From assembly GCF_009834535.1 (NCBI RefSeq), contig NC_045714.1:14632001-14696000 (forward strand): 64,000 nucleotides of DNA. Reading direction: 5' to 3'. Shown here piece by piece: positions 44,613 to 57,211 of the stretch. This DNA comes from Camelus ferus. Lineage: Eukaryota. The notes beneath the pieces are model-generated. The model made no database searches, had not been told where the DNA came from, and worked only from the letters and a program-made list of their open reading frames with translations. The position numbers and the translations under genes are program-made. How positions within the stretch are numbered: the first letter of the stretch is position 1; each line of letters opens with the position of its first letter.

Positions 44613-47600
44613 GATACCACGTTCCGATCTCGGAGAGCTTGGAGCAGCCTTGACAAACACCAGCTGGACTGGGCCTTGCTTTAACACATCGTGAGTTAGG
44701 GTTCTGCCTGTGTGTCTTTGGGAACGTGTCTTTTTATTAACCTTGGTCAGACCTTGAGTCTTCCCGCCACATTCCTTGATCTGATCCCTCCTCCCCTCCC
44801 CCTTCCTTCCTCCTCTCTTCCCTCCCTCCTCCCCTCCCCCTCTCCCCACAGCAATTCCCCAAAGAGACAGAGAAGGACACACTTCCTCTTCTTGGTCCCT
44901 TTAGAAAGTAATTTGGAAATGTTCAAGTTTCTCCTAACCCTGAGGGTTGGGGCTCAGGCAGATCGGCAGAGTCTTCTCAAGGTCCCCTCAGTCCTGTCCC
45001 CTGCAGAACCCAAGTGCAGGGGAGGGTGGTGAGAACCAGAGCCCCTTCTCTGGGGAGGGGGCAGCATTCTGTCAAGAAAGCAGGGGCTGTCCTGTCACCT
45101 TTGCAGTGGCAGGTGGGGAAGCTAGTGGATAAGAGAGGGACGGTGTGGAGAGGCCCCAGTGGTGTTTTCTGAGGCGTGTGTGGTGGTGGGGGCACACAGC
45201 ATGGAAGCCTTTGGCTTCCCCTTGGGCCAGACCACCATAGATGAGCCCCCAGGGCCTGTGCTGACGCAGGCAACACTGATGCAGTACCAGACAAGCAGGA
45301 CGGAGCATTCTCTCTCGCAGAGTGCCGGGGGGGCTCCCCCACCGGCCCCTGCACGAGGGGTTAGGACTCAGGGCCCCACAGGGGCCGGAAACATCACCAG
45401 GGCAGACCCTGGGGATCTGGAATCTGGAACTGACACCCGCTGGCCTGCAGCCAAGAGGGCCCTGTAACAACATGGGCTGTTACTGAGTTTGGGGTGAAGC
45501 TCCTATTTTTCATAAAACAGTGCTGTTGACACATTTGGATCTTGGTGCCCTTACACTGAGAGACTGTGGCACACAGGTGCATGCAGCAGGTCCAGACCCT
45601 GGGCTGGGCCCCGGGGAGGACTCCTGGGAGGCTCCAGATTACCCCTATGTGGGCTGGTCAGCCGAGCTGCTGGGCAGCTGGCTCTGTGTCACCCCCCTCC
45701 ACCGCCCCTCCCCCCTTCTCCATCCCGTATCTCCCATCTTGGCTGCCGTTGAGCAAGAGAGCTCCTGCATCCATCCCTGCCTCCTTGCCCCAGCTCCCCT
45801 CCCTGCAAGCCCACCATCCTCATGTGCTGTCCCTGTCCAGCTCCAAGCCCTTCACAGCAGTACTGGGCTGGACAGATGCCTGGGCTGGGACATCACTGTA
45901 GGGAGAGGTAGACTGAGTCAGAGCCTGGCTGAGCCTGAGCAAAACCATGATTTGCCCCCAAGTTCCGTTTCCCTATGGAATGATCCCAGGAGAGTGCTGG
46001 CTCTGCCACGAGGGGGACCGGTGCAGGTGTGTCCGGGACAGGTGTGGGCACTGGACCTCAGAACGCAAGTCGTTTCCTTCTGCTGAGGCCCCGCCCACAC
46101 CAAGGCCCCACCCCCTCCCACCCTCACCTCTTCCTGGCCCCGCCCCTTCCTGTTCTGTAGGCCCACTGCACTCCCATCTCACCACCGTTGGTCAGCACAG
46201 ACCTGGCCCCTCCACGCTTGTGCCGGGTGTGTCCACTGTCCCGCCGGGACCATCACGCAGGCATCCCTGGGCTACACTCATCCTGGAGCATTTCATCCAA
46301 GCAGCAAAGGCTGGTGTGCCCGTCTCCAGGGAGGCCCGGGTTGGAGGCTGGTCCCGGACCTGTGGAGCAGGGTCCACAACATCCCTGATCCCTGACCCTG
46401 TGGGGGCCGACCTGTGCCCACCGACGCTCTCCCACCACCAGCCCTGCTGGTTGGACCTGATGCAGTCCGGGGTGGCTTGCTACAAGTGCTCTGCCCGAGC
46501 GGGTGGGTTGGGGGTCCCGGCTGCCCTTCCAGCCCGGGGGCCTCAGAGGGAGGAGGAAGGGGAAGCCCCAGAGGAGAGGGAGGGGCAGCCCTGGGGAGCA
46601 GGGCCCCCAAAGGGAGAGAGAAGGAGGCCAGTCAGCAGCAGAAGAGAAGCAAAGGCTGAGTTAGGAGACCTGGACCGGACCAGGAGTGAGCCAGTCTGGA
46701 GGAAGTGGGGCTGAGAGCCAGCGCAGGGCCCTGGGGCTGGGAGAGGGGCCACCGGTTTCCGAGAGGCCGGGGCAGGCAGGAAGCAGCCGTTTCACTCCGC
46801 TCTCCAGAGGCCAGGCCCAGCCCAGGATACTGCAGCCCGGGCGGTGCTGGGAGGGGCCCCGTGGAGCAGCACCTTCAGGGGCTCCACCAGGAGGGGCCTG
46901 GGCACCGGGGGGCTGCAAGACCCCAGGACACAGGCCCACCAGGCGTGAGGACAAGTGGAGGCGGGTGAGGGCCCTGCCACTGGCTCCCGTGCGCGCATGC
47001 ATGCTGGGGGCGGGGCGGTGCTCACACAGTGGCTGGAGGGGCCTGTGAGGTGGGGGGGGACTGGGGTTAAATGAGGTCAAAATGAGGTTGGTTTAGGGAA
47101 GTAGCATGGTTCCTGGTCACCCTGCTGCTCAGGGTTGGGGGGATTCGACAGATGGTGTTCGCCCTGTCCCCAGAAACGCAGCTGCTGGTCAGCAGAGAGG
47201 AGCGCGGACACCACAGCACCTGGGAAGGCAGGGAGGGGGCCCTGCCCAGGTGGGCTGAGACGGGGTGCAGACCCCGTGCTGGGCTGGGCCTGAGGATCAC
47301 CAGGCAGAGGGACAGCCTGCAGGAAGTGCCTGACCCCACGATCCTTTCCACAAACTTACAAACCAGCCAGGAATTAATTCAGGTGCTGCAATTTCTCCGA
47401 TAAACGTCAAAATATGTAAATATCGAGCCCTTTTCCTTCAGCCACTAAAACAAATGGAAAACACATTTATTAGCATAGAGATGAGTTTAATCAAATCAGC
47501 CCAAGTACAAATTAGCCACAGGGAATGTAATGAGCTGGGAATTAATTAGCAGCATAATGATAATACCGTTGCCTGCTGATTACCTCGGGCCACGCCGCTC

Positions 47601-49908
47601 TCCCGGAGGCTGACGTGGGGCTCCCGGCAGCTGATCTTTTCCTTTGCAAGAGGCTCTGAGCAGTGACCATCAGACAGTTCGTCAGCCCCCGGGAGCCGGG
47701 AGGAGCGGCTATGCGGGCGGGCATGCGGGCGTCTCCGGGGCAGGGGGCAAGCCCACAAAATCTGGGGGAGCCCGGCTTGCTCTCCCTAGCTGCTTAGGGA
47801 GCCACTTCTGCTGGGGGTCCAGGGATGGGGAGCTGAGACCCTTGGACAGCATGGGGCATTGTGGCTTCAGGGAGGCTCAGGAAGGGCCCCTCCCAACCAG
47901 GGCCAGCTCCAACGCAGCTCTCCTGGAAAGGGCTGAGAGGGCCTGGCCCTGGGGTGGCTCGGCCTGGGGGCTGCCCTGCCCTGGGGAACCTCCCAGGGGA
48001 GAGGCCCCTGCCGCCCAGTCCCAGCTGAGTCTGGGACTTGGTGGTATACTGTCCCCATCTGAACTAGGGGTGTCTTAGGGTCCCAAATAACTCCACATGC
48101 AATTCAAGTTTTGGGGGGAGGCTCAGGCCTCTGGCTTCCTGCACGGGAGGGAGGCCCCCAAACCAGCCACATCATTTCCAGGTTAGAGAGTGGACATCTC
48201 GGGGTTTGCGGAGTTGTGGCTGGTATTTGAGGTCACCTAGCTCAAACCGAAATAAAAGCACTGTGTTTCATATTTGCACCACTGGCAAAAGCATTGTGGG
48301 CGGTTTGAAGTCAGAGCTCATCCTGCCTGGGCCGATCATGGGCCAATCCTTTTTCCAAGGGTTTCACCTGGGGGATGATGGAGAGGACTGATTGATCAGA
48401 GAAAGCACTGAATGTCAATTAGCGGGCTGACCACTAAAGTCCACGCCTGCAAGTGTCCAGCGCCAGGTCAGGGACAGCCCACTTGGCGTAGCCCGGAGAC
48501 ACCCGTTCCGTATTCACGCCCCGAACAATGGCCACATCACATTTTCTCAATTTACAAGCCCGAACAACATGTTTCTAACATCACCTCTGCCCGCAGCCAG
48601 GCCGCTGGACGCCGAATGTGCTGTGTCACCTGCTTGGGCCTCGACGTCCACAATCGGCAGGGCTGCAGGGGAGGCTGCCACGCGCCGGGTCAGTCCCTGG
48701 CCTGGTGCCTCCCCGGGCCTGTTGGTAACGCAGCAGACATGGCTCAGACCCGCCAGCAGCAACCTGTCCCGTCACGTGTGCACACTGTCCCGAGTGGCTG
48801 CCGAGGCCGCCCAGGTTCATGTCCTCTTCCCACGGCTCTCTCACCCCAGGCGCAGGGGGTGTTTGGGAAAGTTGCCCTCTAGTCAGTGCATCCCAGAGGG
48901 TAGAATCCTGCCCTTCTAGCCACAAAGTAGACACAGCCACTGCCTCCAGGGAGCTCATGTAGCAGGGAAGACAGACACATAGACGCAAACTCCTGAGCGG
49001 CGCCAGCAGCTCGAGGAGCAGTGAGGCCAGGTGAGGACCAGGCAGAGGGCAGGGGGCCCCCTAGCTGGGGAGAGGGAGGCCCGGGCCAGGCGGCATCTGA
49101 GCGGAGACCTAAGGGTGGAGAAGGAAAAGTCACGAGAGATTTGGGGGAAGAAACTGTCCCTGGAAGGTAGCTGCACATGCCAAGGTCCTGAGGCAGGGCT
49201 GAGAGGAGACGCAGAGAGGAGAGGGGCCGGGCGACGTGGGGCCCGAGCCACAGAGCCCTGTGGAGTTTGCTCCAAATTGACAGGACCCTGCTGGAGGCCT
49301 CTGGGCAGAGCAGGGGTAAAAAGGCCCATTTGTCCACTTTCCGGAGAGTAGACCAAAGGCTGGAAGCCCGATGGGAGCTTGGCAGCAGGTGAGCAGCGAG
49401 GCTGGCCTGGACCACACAGTGGAGGTGGAGCTGAGGCCTGGCAGGGTGCTCCTCGGCTTTGGAAGGATTTGCTGATCCTTGAGGTTTGAGGGGAAATGGA
49501 GGGCCGGCTTTGACTGTGGGGTTTTGGATGCTGTACAGTGTCCAGGTGCGGCTCCAAGAACCCGCATCCTGCCCTGGGCGATCTGCAGGGGAGGTTTGAG
49601 GAAGGAGCCTGAGGCCGTCCAGGGTTAGCAGGTCAGGGAAGTGGGGAGAAGGGGGCCGGGGAGGGTCACAGAGAGCAGGGGCCTCGGGGCTGCTGGCAGC
49701 TCTCAGCTAAGTCTCTCTCCCAGGGTTGCCCCTCTCCAGGGTCAGCCTGAATCTGATGACTTTTCAGCCTGGGGGCTGGGACAACCCCAAAGACTGTCAG
49801 GTTCCAGAGATCCCCGTGGGGTGACAGAGGCCTCTGTGGGGACTGCACTGCCCCCCGACTTCTTGCTTGCTCCGTCCTGCCCCCCACAGGCTGGTGCTAA
49901 GAGGCCCC

Positions 49909-50325
49909 TGTACTGGCCTGGACAGTGACCCCCCCAGACCGGTGTCCCTCCTCGAACATCGGAGTGTACCCTTCAGGGGAGTATGGCTGTTGCAGAGGTA
50001 AGTAGTTAAGATGAGGTCACACTGGAGTGGGGTGGACCCTTCATCCAATGACCAGTGTCCTCGTGGGAAGAGGAGAGAGACAGGCACACAGAGAGGAGGA
50101 GCCGTGGGATGACAGAGGCCCAGATGCGGTGACACACCTACAAGCCCAGGACCCCAGGACGGCGGGCCCCACCCGACAGACCCTCCCGCAGAACCTCCAG
50201 AGGAACCGACCCTGTGGCCCCTGATCTCAGCGTTTGGCCCCCAGAACTGGTTGAGGATCAAGTGCCCCTTGTCTAAGCCCCAGGCCGTGGTGCCAGGAGA
50301 CTGAGGCCGACCCCAGGCAGCCTCT
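49909..50325 (+). mobile_element. MaLR solo LTR (MLT1A/B-like)
   Basis: TGTACTGGCCTGGACAGTG...TTGCAGAGGTAAGTAGTTAAGATGAGGTCACACTGGAGTGGGGTGGACCCTTCATCCAATGACCAGTGTCCTC is classic MLT1. Confidence 0.85.
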
Positions 50326-53300
50326 GGCAGCAAAGCTCCGTCTCAGCACCCAGGCTGGGCCAACCTCAGAGCAAAGGCGGACAGTCAGCCCCGAGGCTGA
50401 CAGAAGAGGAGCCCGGAGAGACAGATGGCAGGTGGCAGCCAGAGCGAGCATGAGGTGGCAGGGTGGGGATACTGTGTCCTCCTGGGTGACGAAAGGAGAG
50501 GGTTGCCGCCCCCCAAGCGGGGGACCTGGGCTCAGAGCACCGCGCTCCTGGGTGCGGCTGCAGGAAGGCCGAGGGTGGGGTGCAGATGTGGTCCCGGGAG
50601 CAGGTGCAGCCCCTTCACCCCAACTCTGGGGCAGGCACCCCACAAGGGAGAGACGGGAAGTGTCACGTGAACTTGACCTTCAGGCTCCCAGTGCTTTACC
50701 CGGACCCCCTCCTCTGCTTGGTCCAGGAGTACATGGGGACAGACTGGACGGAGGCCACGAGGAACGGAAGGGCAGCGTCAAGGCACGTCTGCGCCTGCCC
50801 TTACCCCCAGGTGTCCATGTGCAAGGCTGCTCGAGCGGCCACTGTGGCTAAAACCTGGATTCTGGGTGAGACCCTTGGTGAAGGGCAGGCAGCTCCACCA
50901 TATTCCGGCTCAGGTCCCCGTCCCCAGGGCCACTCTCCCACTGGAGTGTCCACAGGCTGGATTCTGGGGCCTCTGAGGGGGCAGAGGATCTGGGGCCTGT
51001 GCTAAAGCTGTGGCAGGTGCCCCCTCCCCCCACCCCAGCAGCGTGTCCCCTGCTCCCCTGTTCTCAGCTGGCAAAGCCCCTTGAGGCTGTCAGCAAAGGG
51101 GCCAGGCCGGGGTCTGGGTTCCTGTGTGGTGTGTGGCCCTGCCGCCACGCCATGGACACTGAAACAGCCCCACCACCCGTGCCCGCCTCGGGTGGCACCT
51201 AGTCTCCTGTCCCCGCGGCCTCTGACGACTCCGCTTCCGCACCGCGACACCACGGTCGCCGGCTGCCCTGCGCCCCCAGCTGAGGGGCCCGTCATCTGGA
51301 GACGCCTGTTTCTTCCGAGCCAGGGCTTTAGGGCTCTGAGGACTAGACGCTGTCGCCCGGCCTTCCCTGCAGCAGGCTCTGTCTGGGCTGTATGGAAGCT
51401 TCGCTAATAAACCCTTCAAAGCACATGCTAATGGTGCCTGTTGCATTCTTTCATTGTCGTTCGTATCATTAAGGACGGGCTTCCCCTTGGAATCTCAGGG
51501 CCTCCTAGGCTCCGTCAGCCTTGAGTGTGTCCCTGTGTCCCTGCGTCCCTGTGTGTACCTGTGCAGCTCCATGTCTCTCTGTCCCCCGTGAGCGCCTGTA
51601 TTTCTGCCTCAGGTAGATGTGTGTGTTCCAGCTGCACAGAACCACACCTGCCTTCTCAGAACAGGAAGAGACGCCCTGGCCTGTGGGCGCCCAAGGCGGG
51701 ATTGCAGAGGTCTCTGAGCTTGGCGCCAGTGGAAACACAGGAGGGAAATGACCCCTGGCGGTCCAGCCTGTGATCTGCATTGAGTCTGCTACAGGCGGGT
51801 CACTACTCTTGGCCGGGGAGCTCGGGGTGGGGTGTGGTGTCCGTCATCGCCTGCTGCTTGGAAGGAGGCGGGTGGGGGCGTGTCGTGGGGGGACGGGCCT
51901 TCAGGAGAGGCCGCTCCCTCCCTCCAGGAGGCTCGCTGGTTGGGGGCAGCCCCGCCTCGCACCCCCCACCTAGGGCACAGGCCACCTTTGTTCACAGCTG
52001 CAGGTCCCTGCGGGGTGATTTCTTCCCAGCTCTGCTCCCGGTTAGACCAGATCCGTCTGGGCCAGGCTCAGGGAGCCGCAGGCTGCCCCCATCTGCTGAG
52101 TCTCCCCCACAGGGGAGGAGCCCTGGGGGTCAGGCAGCCCCTCCGAGGGAGACAGGGAGATGGGCAGACGCACCACGTGGGGGTCTCAGGCCATGTTCCC
52201 GGCTTGTGGGGCTCACCCAGAGAGTGCGTGTCTGCGTGTATTTATTCTCATTTATAGGGAATCCAGGGGAGGGGCAGAGGTGGGATGCAGACAGCGGGCA
52301 GCTGAAAGGGGAGGGGTTGAAGTTCAAACTGAAAGCAGGGTGAGCCCTGAAAGGTGGAGAATGGTAATCAGTGAGGGAACCACGGGGAGGGGGGGTGCAA
52401 TGGTGGGGATGGAGCGAGGTGGGGGATGGAGGGGTGTCCAGGATGGCTGTGGATTCAGTCTCTCAGGCACAACTCAGCACCACCTCCGATTGATGATGGG
52501 TCAGAAGGGGTGACGTAGCTGAGACTTTGGGGCACAGGGGTATGGCAGGGAACAGACCCTGCTCAGGGAGGGTCCCGGGCTGCTGCAGCCCACTCACTCC
52601 TTACCAGAAAGCGGCTGCACTGGCCTTCAGGTAGGCAGAAACAGGTGCCAAGGGCCAGGCACGTTCCAGTAGATGAATGTTCAGTATCCAGACTTGTGTC
52701 CGCACGAGATGTGATTCTGGGCGTGCACACATCTTTCAAAGAGGGTGCCTGCCTGTTCTAAAACTCACACACGGTGAGTGTGGGGTCTTCCCCGTGGACA
52801 CCCGTTTGGGCAAGCTGCTGCCTTCACCAATGCCTTCTCTCCCCAGCAGGCGGGTGGGGCAGCACCCACTTCTCCCTGTTCCCATCGGCTGCACGTGGAG
52901 GAGGAGGACCCAGACAGGGAGCTGTCTATTTCTGGGGTGGAGCCATCACCCAGGGGAGCTGTGCCCCCCACACCTGAGGTGCATGGCCCGGTGCCTCTGC
53001 AGTGCCCACACTTGCTCAGGGCCGGGGGGGAGGCACAGGTGCTCAAGTTGAAAAAAGCCCGCCTGTTGCATGTTCCCTTTGCAAAGTCCCCGTGCCTGGG
53101 GCCTCAGCCCTGGAGTAAGAAATGGTTTGCAAAAGTGCACCTGGGCCCTCCAGGGCTGACCCGGCCAGAGCCTCCTGGCCTGGGCAGAGGCAAGCAGAGA
53201 ACCTTGGAAGGCGGGCCTCCTCCCAGGGAAGCACACCCTGCAGCCCCCGAGGCCGCCGCGCAGCACTCGACACCCCCCACCCAGCAGGTCTGTGCTGACT

Positions 53301-56300
53301 GTGTTAACCTCACCTGCACCTGAGAACAGAGGAGGTTGGGAACCCCCAGAAGGTGCCCCGTCCAGTCTCAGCTTCCTCACCTACACGCAGGGTGGTCCCT
53401 GCCCCTCCCTCACAAGCCCCAGTGAGAAGGAAAACCCAGCCTGGGGAAAGCTCCAAGCAGGGACACCGTGGTTCCTGCTACCGCAACGGTGTTCCCGGGA
53501 TCCTGGGCTCCAGGTGTGAGTCTAACAGGTGGGAGGCTGTTGCCTGGTGGGGCCGAGGACACTGTCGGGCCACGCTGGGCTGGGCGGGTGATGTCAGCAG
53601 GGCACCCGGGGAGCAGCTCGTCAGGGACGGGGACCCGGGCACTAGCCGGCCTGTAAACACCAGCACGCTCTGTGCAGGTAATTGACTAGTAACTGTCGTG
53701 TAACTGCAGGGTAATCACATGGTTATTTTTGCTTTGCAAATTAAGTGTTACTATGAGAGTGAACAATTATGCAGGGTAATTATACAGCGGTTCACACGCA
53801 AGGCCGGGAGCAATCATCAGATGATCCACAGGATGTGAAGCTGTGGCACAGACACGGAGTCGTCACCACGTAACTGTACACTGGAGGGAGGCTCGGCTGC
53901 GCCCACGGGGTACCTCCCGCTGCGCCCGGTCCCCACCTCCCACGCACAGCCAGGCCCCACGAGCAACACCGTTTACCTGAGATGTCCCCAGACCTCGGAC
54001 CCATGGACTCGGCTTGACATGACCAGTTTTCCAGGAAAGTTGTTCTCTTCCTAATTCCATGGGGTTTCGGCAGAGCCACCGCCGGCCGAGGAGACGGCGC
54101 AGAAAGGCAGGAACGGGACAAGGAGCCGGCCTCTCGCCGTTTGCCTGGTGCCCCTCCGCAACTGGGCCCCCAAGAGACCCCAGGCAGGTGCAGCGACGAC
54201 CCTGACTCAGGGCCCCCAGCTCTCTCCTGTGTCCTCAGCAACCAGGCTGCTCACCAATTAAACTCGGAGCAGGGAGAGGTGGGCTGCCAACTTGGGGTCA
54301 CTCAGCACCGCAGCAACTAAAAGGCATGTTTCAGAGTCACACCCTGTAATTCAGTCACAATGAAAAGGGCAGGGAGAAAAGGTCAATATTGTTCTTAATT
54401 AGACTAACTGCTTCCTTTCTGCCGGGGACACGTGCGAGCGGCAGTTTAGCAGGGGGAGGAAAAGGCTGGGAGAGGCAGCCCTGGGCAGGTGACAGAGCGG
54501 GAGGGAGCTCTGGAAACACACGTGCAGAGGGTCCAATCTGGCCCACCTGGGGCGACTGAGCCGCTTGGAGGGGCGCAGACCTCTAGTCAGCCAGGTGAGC
54601 CTGGGCAGGGACATCGCCGGTGCTGGTGCGGTGCAGGGTGGGGGGCCTCCGGGATGCGAGGGCTGGGGGCTGGAGGAGATGAGGGGCGGGAGAGCCACCC
54701 CTCCCGGTACCCCCTCCAGGGAGGAGCAGGGCAGAGCTGGGGGAGGGATGCCCGCTTCTGGCCCCTCCCCCTCCCCCACGGAGGCCCCTCCCCCTCCCCA
54801 CGGACACACCTGGCCCTTTACTGGGTGGGCTGGGTTGGCTCCCTTCTCTGAGCGACCCATTCAAGGCGGCTTCCTCAGGCTTGGGACTGCCATTTGTTCC
54901 CTCCTGAGAGACTGGGATCCTGTCTCATCTTTCTGTGACCAGCCTGGATGGATGGGGGAGTTGCTAAAGCTGGACTTTGGCTGCAGTGGGTGTTGGGGTG
55001 AGGCCAAGGACCCCCACATAGGGAGGGCATCAGAGGAAGGAGGGAGGGGTCAGAGAGGGCTGGCAGGGGTGGGGGCTGTCCACAGTGTCTCAGCCAGGGA
55101 GCAGCTCCCCTCCTCTCCTGACCCAGGGACCACCCTCAGGGGTCCACGCACACCCTCTCCCAGAGCCAAACTCTGAGGGTCACTGGACCCGGCCCAGCCC
55201 CCCACGGCCCCCCAGTGAAGAGTAGGGTCCCTTGGCCTTAGAGACTCTCCATGGACAGGGCGGGGGCTCCTCCCACACCCACCAGCAGAGGAGGCCCCCA
55301 CCTGCCTCCCCCAGGGGGGCCGTGGCACTCAGACTCTGAAAGCGTATTTGTTAAATGCAGCATATAGCTCATGATTAGATTTTAATTTCAATACACTTTG
55401 TTAAAAATAGATCGCTCTCACCAAGAGTGGGGCTGAAGGAAGGCTTTAAACGGCTCATCTTTGGAATATTAATAGCATGGAAAGTGTTATTAGAATAATT
55501 TTTCATCATGAATAATAAATTAATAGAATAATTTGGTGGTGCCATGTGACCCCCGGGTAAGGGTGGGCTTTGTGTCGGCGGAGTGGGGAGGCGGGTTTGG
55601 GGTGTGGATGGAGGATGGAGCTGCCGGGGCTGAGGAGGCGCCAGACATTAACCGGGCGAGGTGTCTGCAGGGATGGGGGACTCCCAGACGCATCTGGGTG
55701 GAGGACAGGGGCTTGGGACCAGTCCTGCAGAATTTCTGAGCTGAAAGGTCCTGGATTACAGATCAGCTTAGCCAGTTCCTTACTCCAACAAAAAAAGCTG
55801 GAAAAAGTCCACAGTCTGAGAGCCCCAATAAAGCCCCATCCTGTTGGGGAGAGCGTGTGCACTTTTTACTCTTTTGGCCCCCCTACAACTTTCTCTAATG
55901 CTTTTTTTCTCCTTGGCAAACATCAGGCATTTTCAAGTCATCAAAAACCTGGAAAAATTGTTTGATGGAGCACAGGGGGCTAATTAAAGAGTAAGGGGAT
56001 GTCTTTGGGGCCCCAAGGGTCTCCTCGGCCCTCTGTGATGCTCAGACCCCCGAGGTCACACCCGCTTCCTCACCTGCCTGTGGTGGGAACTGCCCACAGG
56101 AACCCCACAGTGTCAGGTCGCAGGTACAAGCATGCAGGGTTGTCCTGCTGGCCAGAGTCAAGGACAGAGACTCTTGCTGGCTCTGCTCGGGTGAGGTGTC
56201 CCCTCCTGGCCAGTCAGCTGTGGCCGAGGCAGATGGAGATGTGGGGCTGACCTTGCAGATGGAGGTGTGGTGTGGGATTGACCTTGAAGGTGGAGGTACC

Positions 56301-57081
56301 ACCTGCACCTGGAGTGTCCAGACAGATACTTGTCTGTCTTCTAGCTGCTGTGAGTGAGAGCGAGGCTAGCAGGACCCTCGGGAGGGTTTTGGGGAGGATG
56401 CCTTATTGGGGGCTTCCTGGAAAGGCTGGCCTGAGGACAGGGACTACTGGTCCTGCCCTGGGAGTAGCTATGCCCTGAGCACCAGGTTGTGGCTTCCTCG
56501 GGGCCATCCTGGGAGTCACAAGGGGAGCTCAGGCCTGTAGATCTGAGAGGCAGGACCTCGGGTGGGCAGGGCAAGCTTGGCCGTTGGGGGAGGGGCCAGG
56601 ATACCAGGGCGCCACACCTGCTGAATAAGCCGAAGGTGGGGCATGGCTCCCGTGGGCCGTGTGGGTGGAAGGCAGAGTTGTAACCCCTGGCCCACTGTTT
56701 CCATGGATGCCCCTCCAAGCACTGTCCCCAGACTGGCCAACCAAGGCATCTCAGGCTGGACGTTTGACAATTTCTTTGGCACAGTCTCAGGTGTACACGC
56801 CCCAGTGTGAGTGTGTGAGTGTGCATGTATGTGAACTAGAGTGCGCATGTGCGTGCTCGTGAACACACACGTGTGTCCTGCTGACAGCCGCTGTCCCTCA
56901 GACCACTCGGCCCCCCTCAGTCTGGGGCTCCGACCATGCATCTCTGTGGGAGCCCCGCCTCCACCGCATCCGGGAGCCACAGTCACCCACGAGGACACGC
57001 ACGCGCCGCCCGGGGCTGCTATCCTCTCTGTCCTTTCTCCGGTGTCTTCCCAGCAGCTGACAATTAACGTTCGAAGGAACA

Positions 57082-57199
57082 TGAAACAGAGGAGAAATTA
57101 CAGCAATTCATCAACCGAAATGATAGGGATAGACATGTGTCGGCAGTGGAAACAGTTTCTAACAAAATTAAAGTATTTAGAGACTTTCCTCAAATTTCA
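57082..57199 (+). ncRNA. HAR1A: HAR1 (Human Accelerated Region 1) orthologous 118-bp element, core of the HAR1A/HAR1B lncRNA locus
   Basis: TGAAACAGAGGAGAAATTACAGCAATTCATCAACC...AAAGTATTTAGAGACTTTCCTCAAATTTCA is exactly 118 bp and aligns without gaps at 105/118 to the chimp HAR1 sequence as recalled; orientation relative to BHLHE23 matches human. Transcription in this species is not shown. Confidence 0.95.
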
Positions 57200-57203
57200 A
57201 GTT

Positions 57204-57211
57204 ATGCAAAT
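57204..57211 (+). promoter_or_regulatory. Perfect octamer (POU) motif next to HAR1
   Basis: ATGCAAAT begins 5 bp after the end of HAR1. Confidence 0.45.

Noticed and set aside
28447-46714. Other ORFs over 200 aa (28447-29190, 32433-33050, 36216-36902, 37997-38788, 45947-46714)
   Set aside because: Pro/Gly/Arg/Ala-rich composition expected from GC-rich non-coding DNA; no recognisable motif or exon structure.
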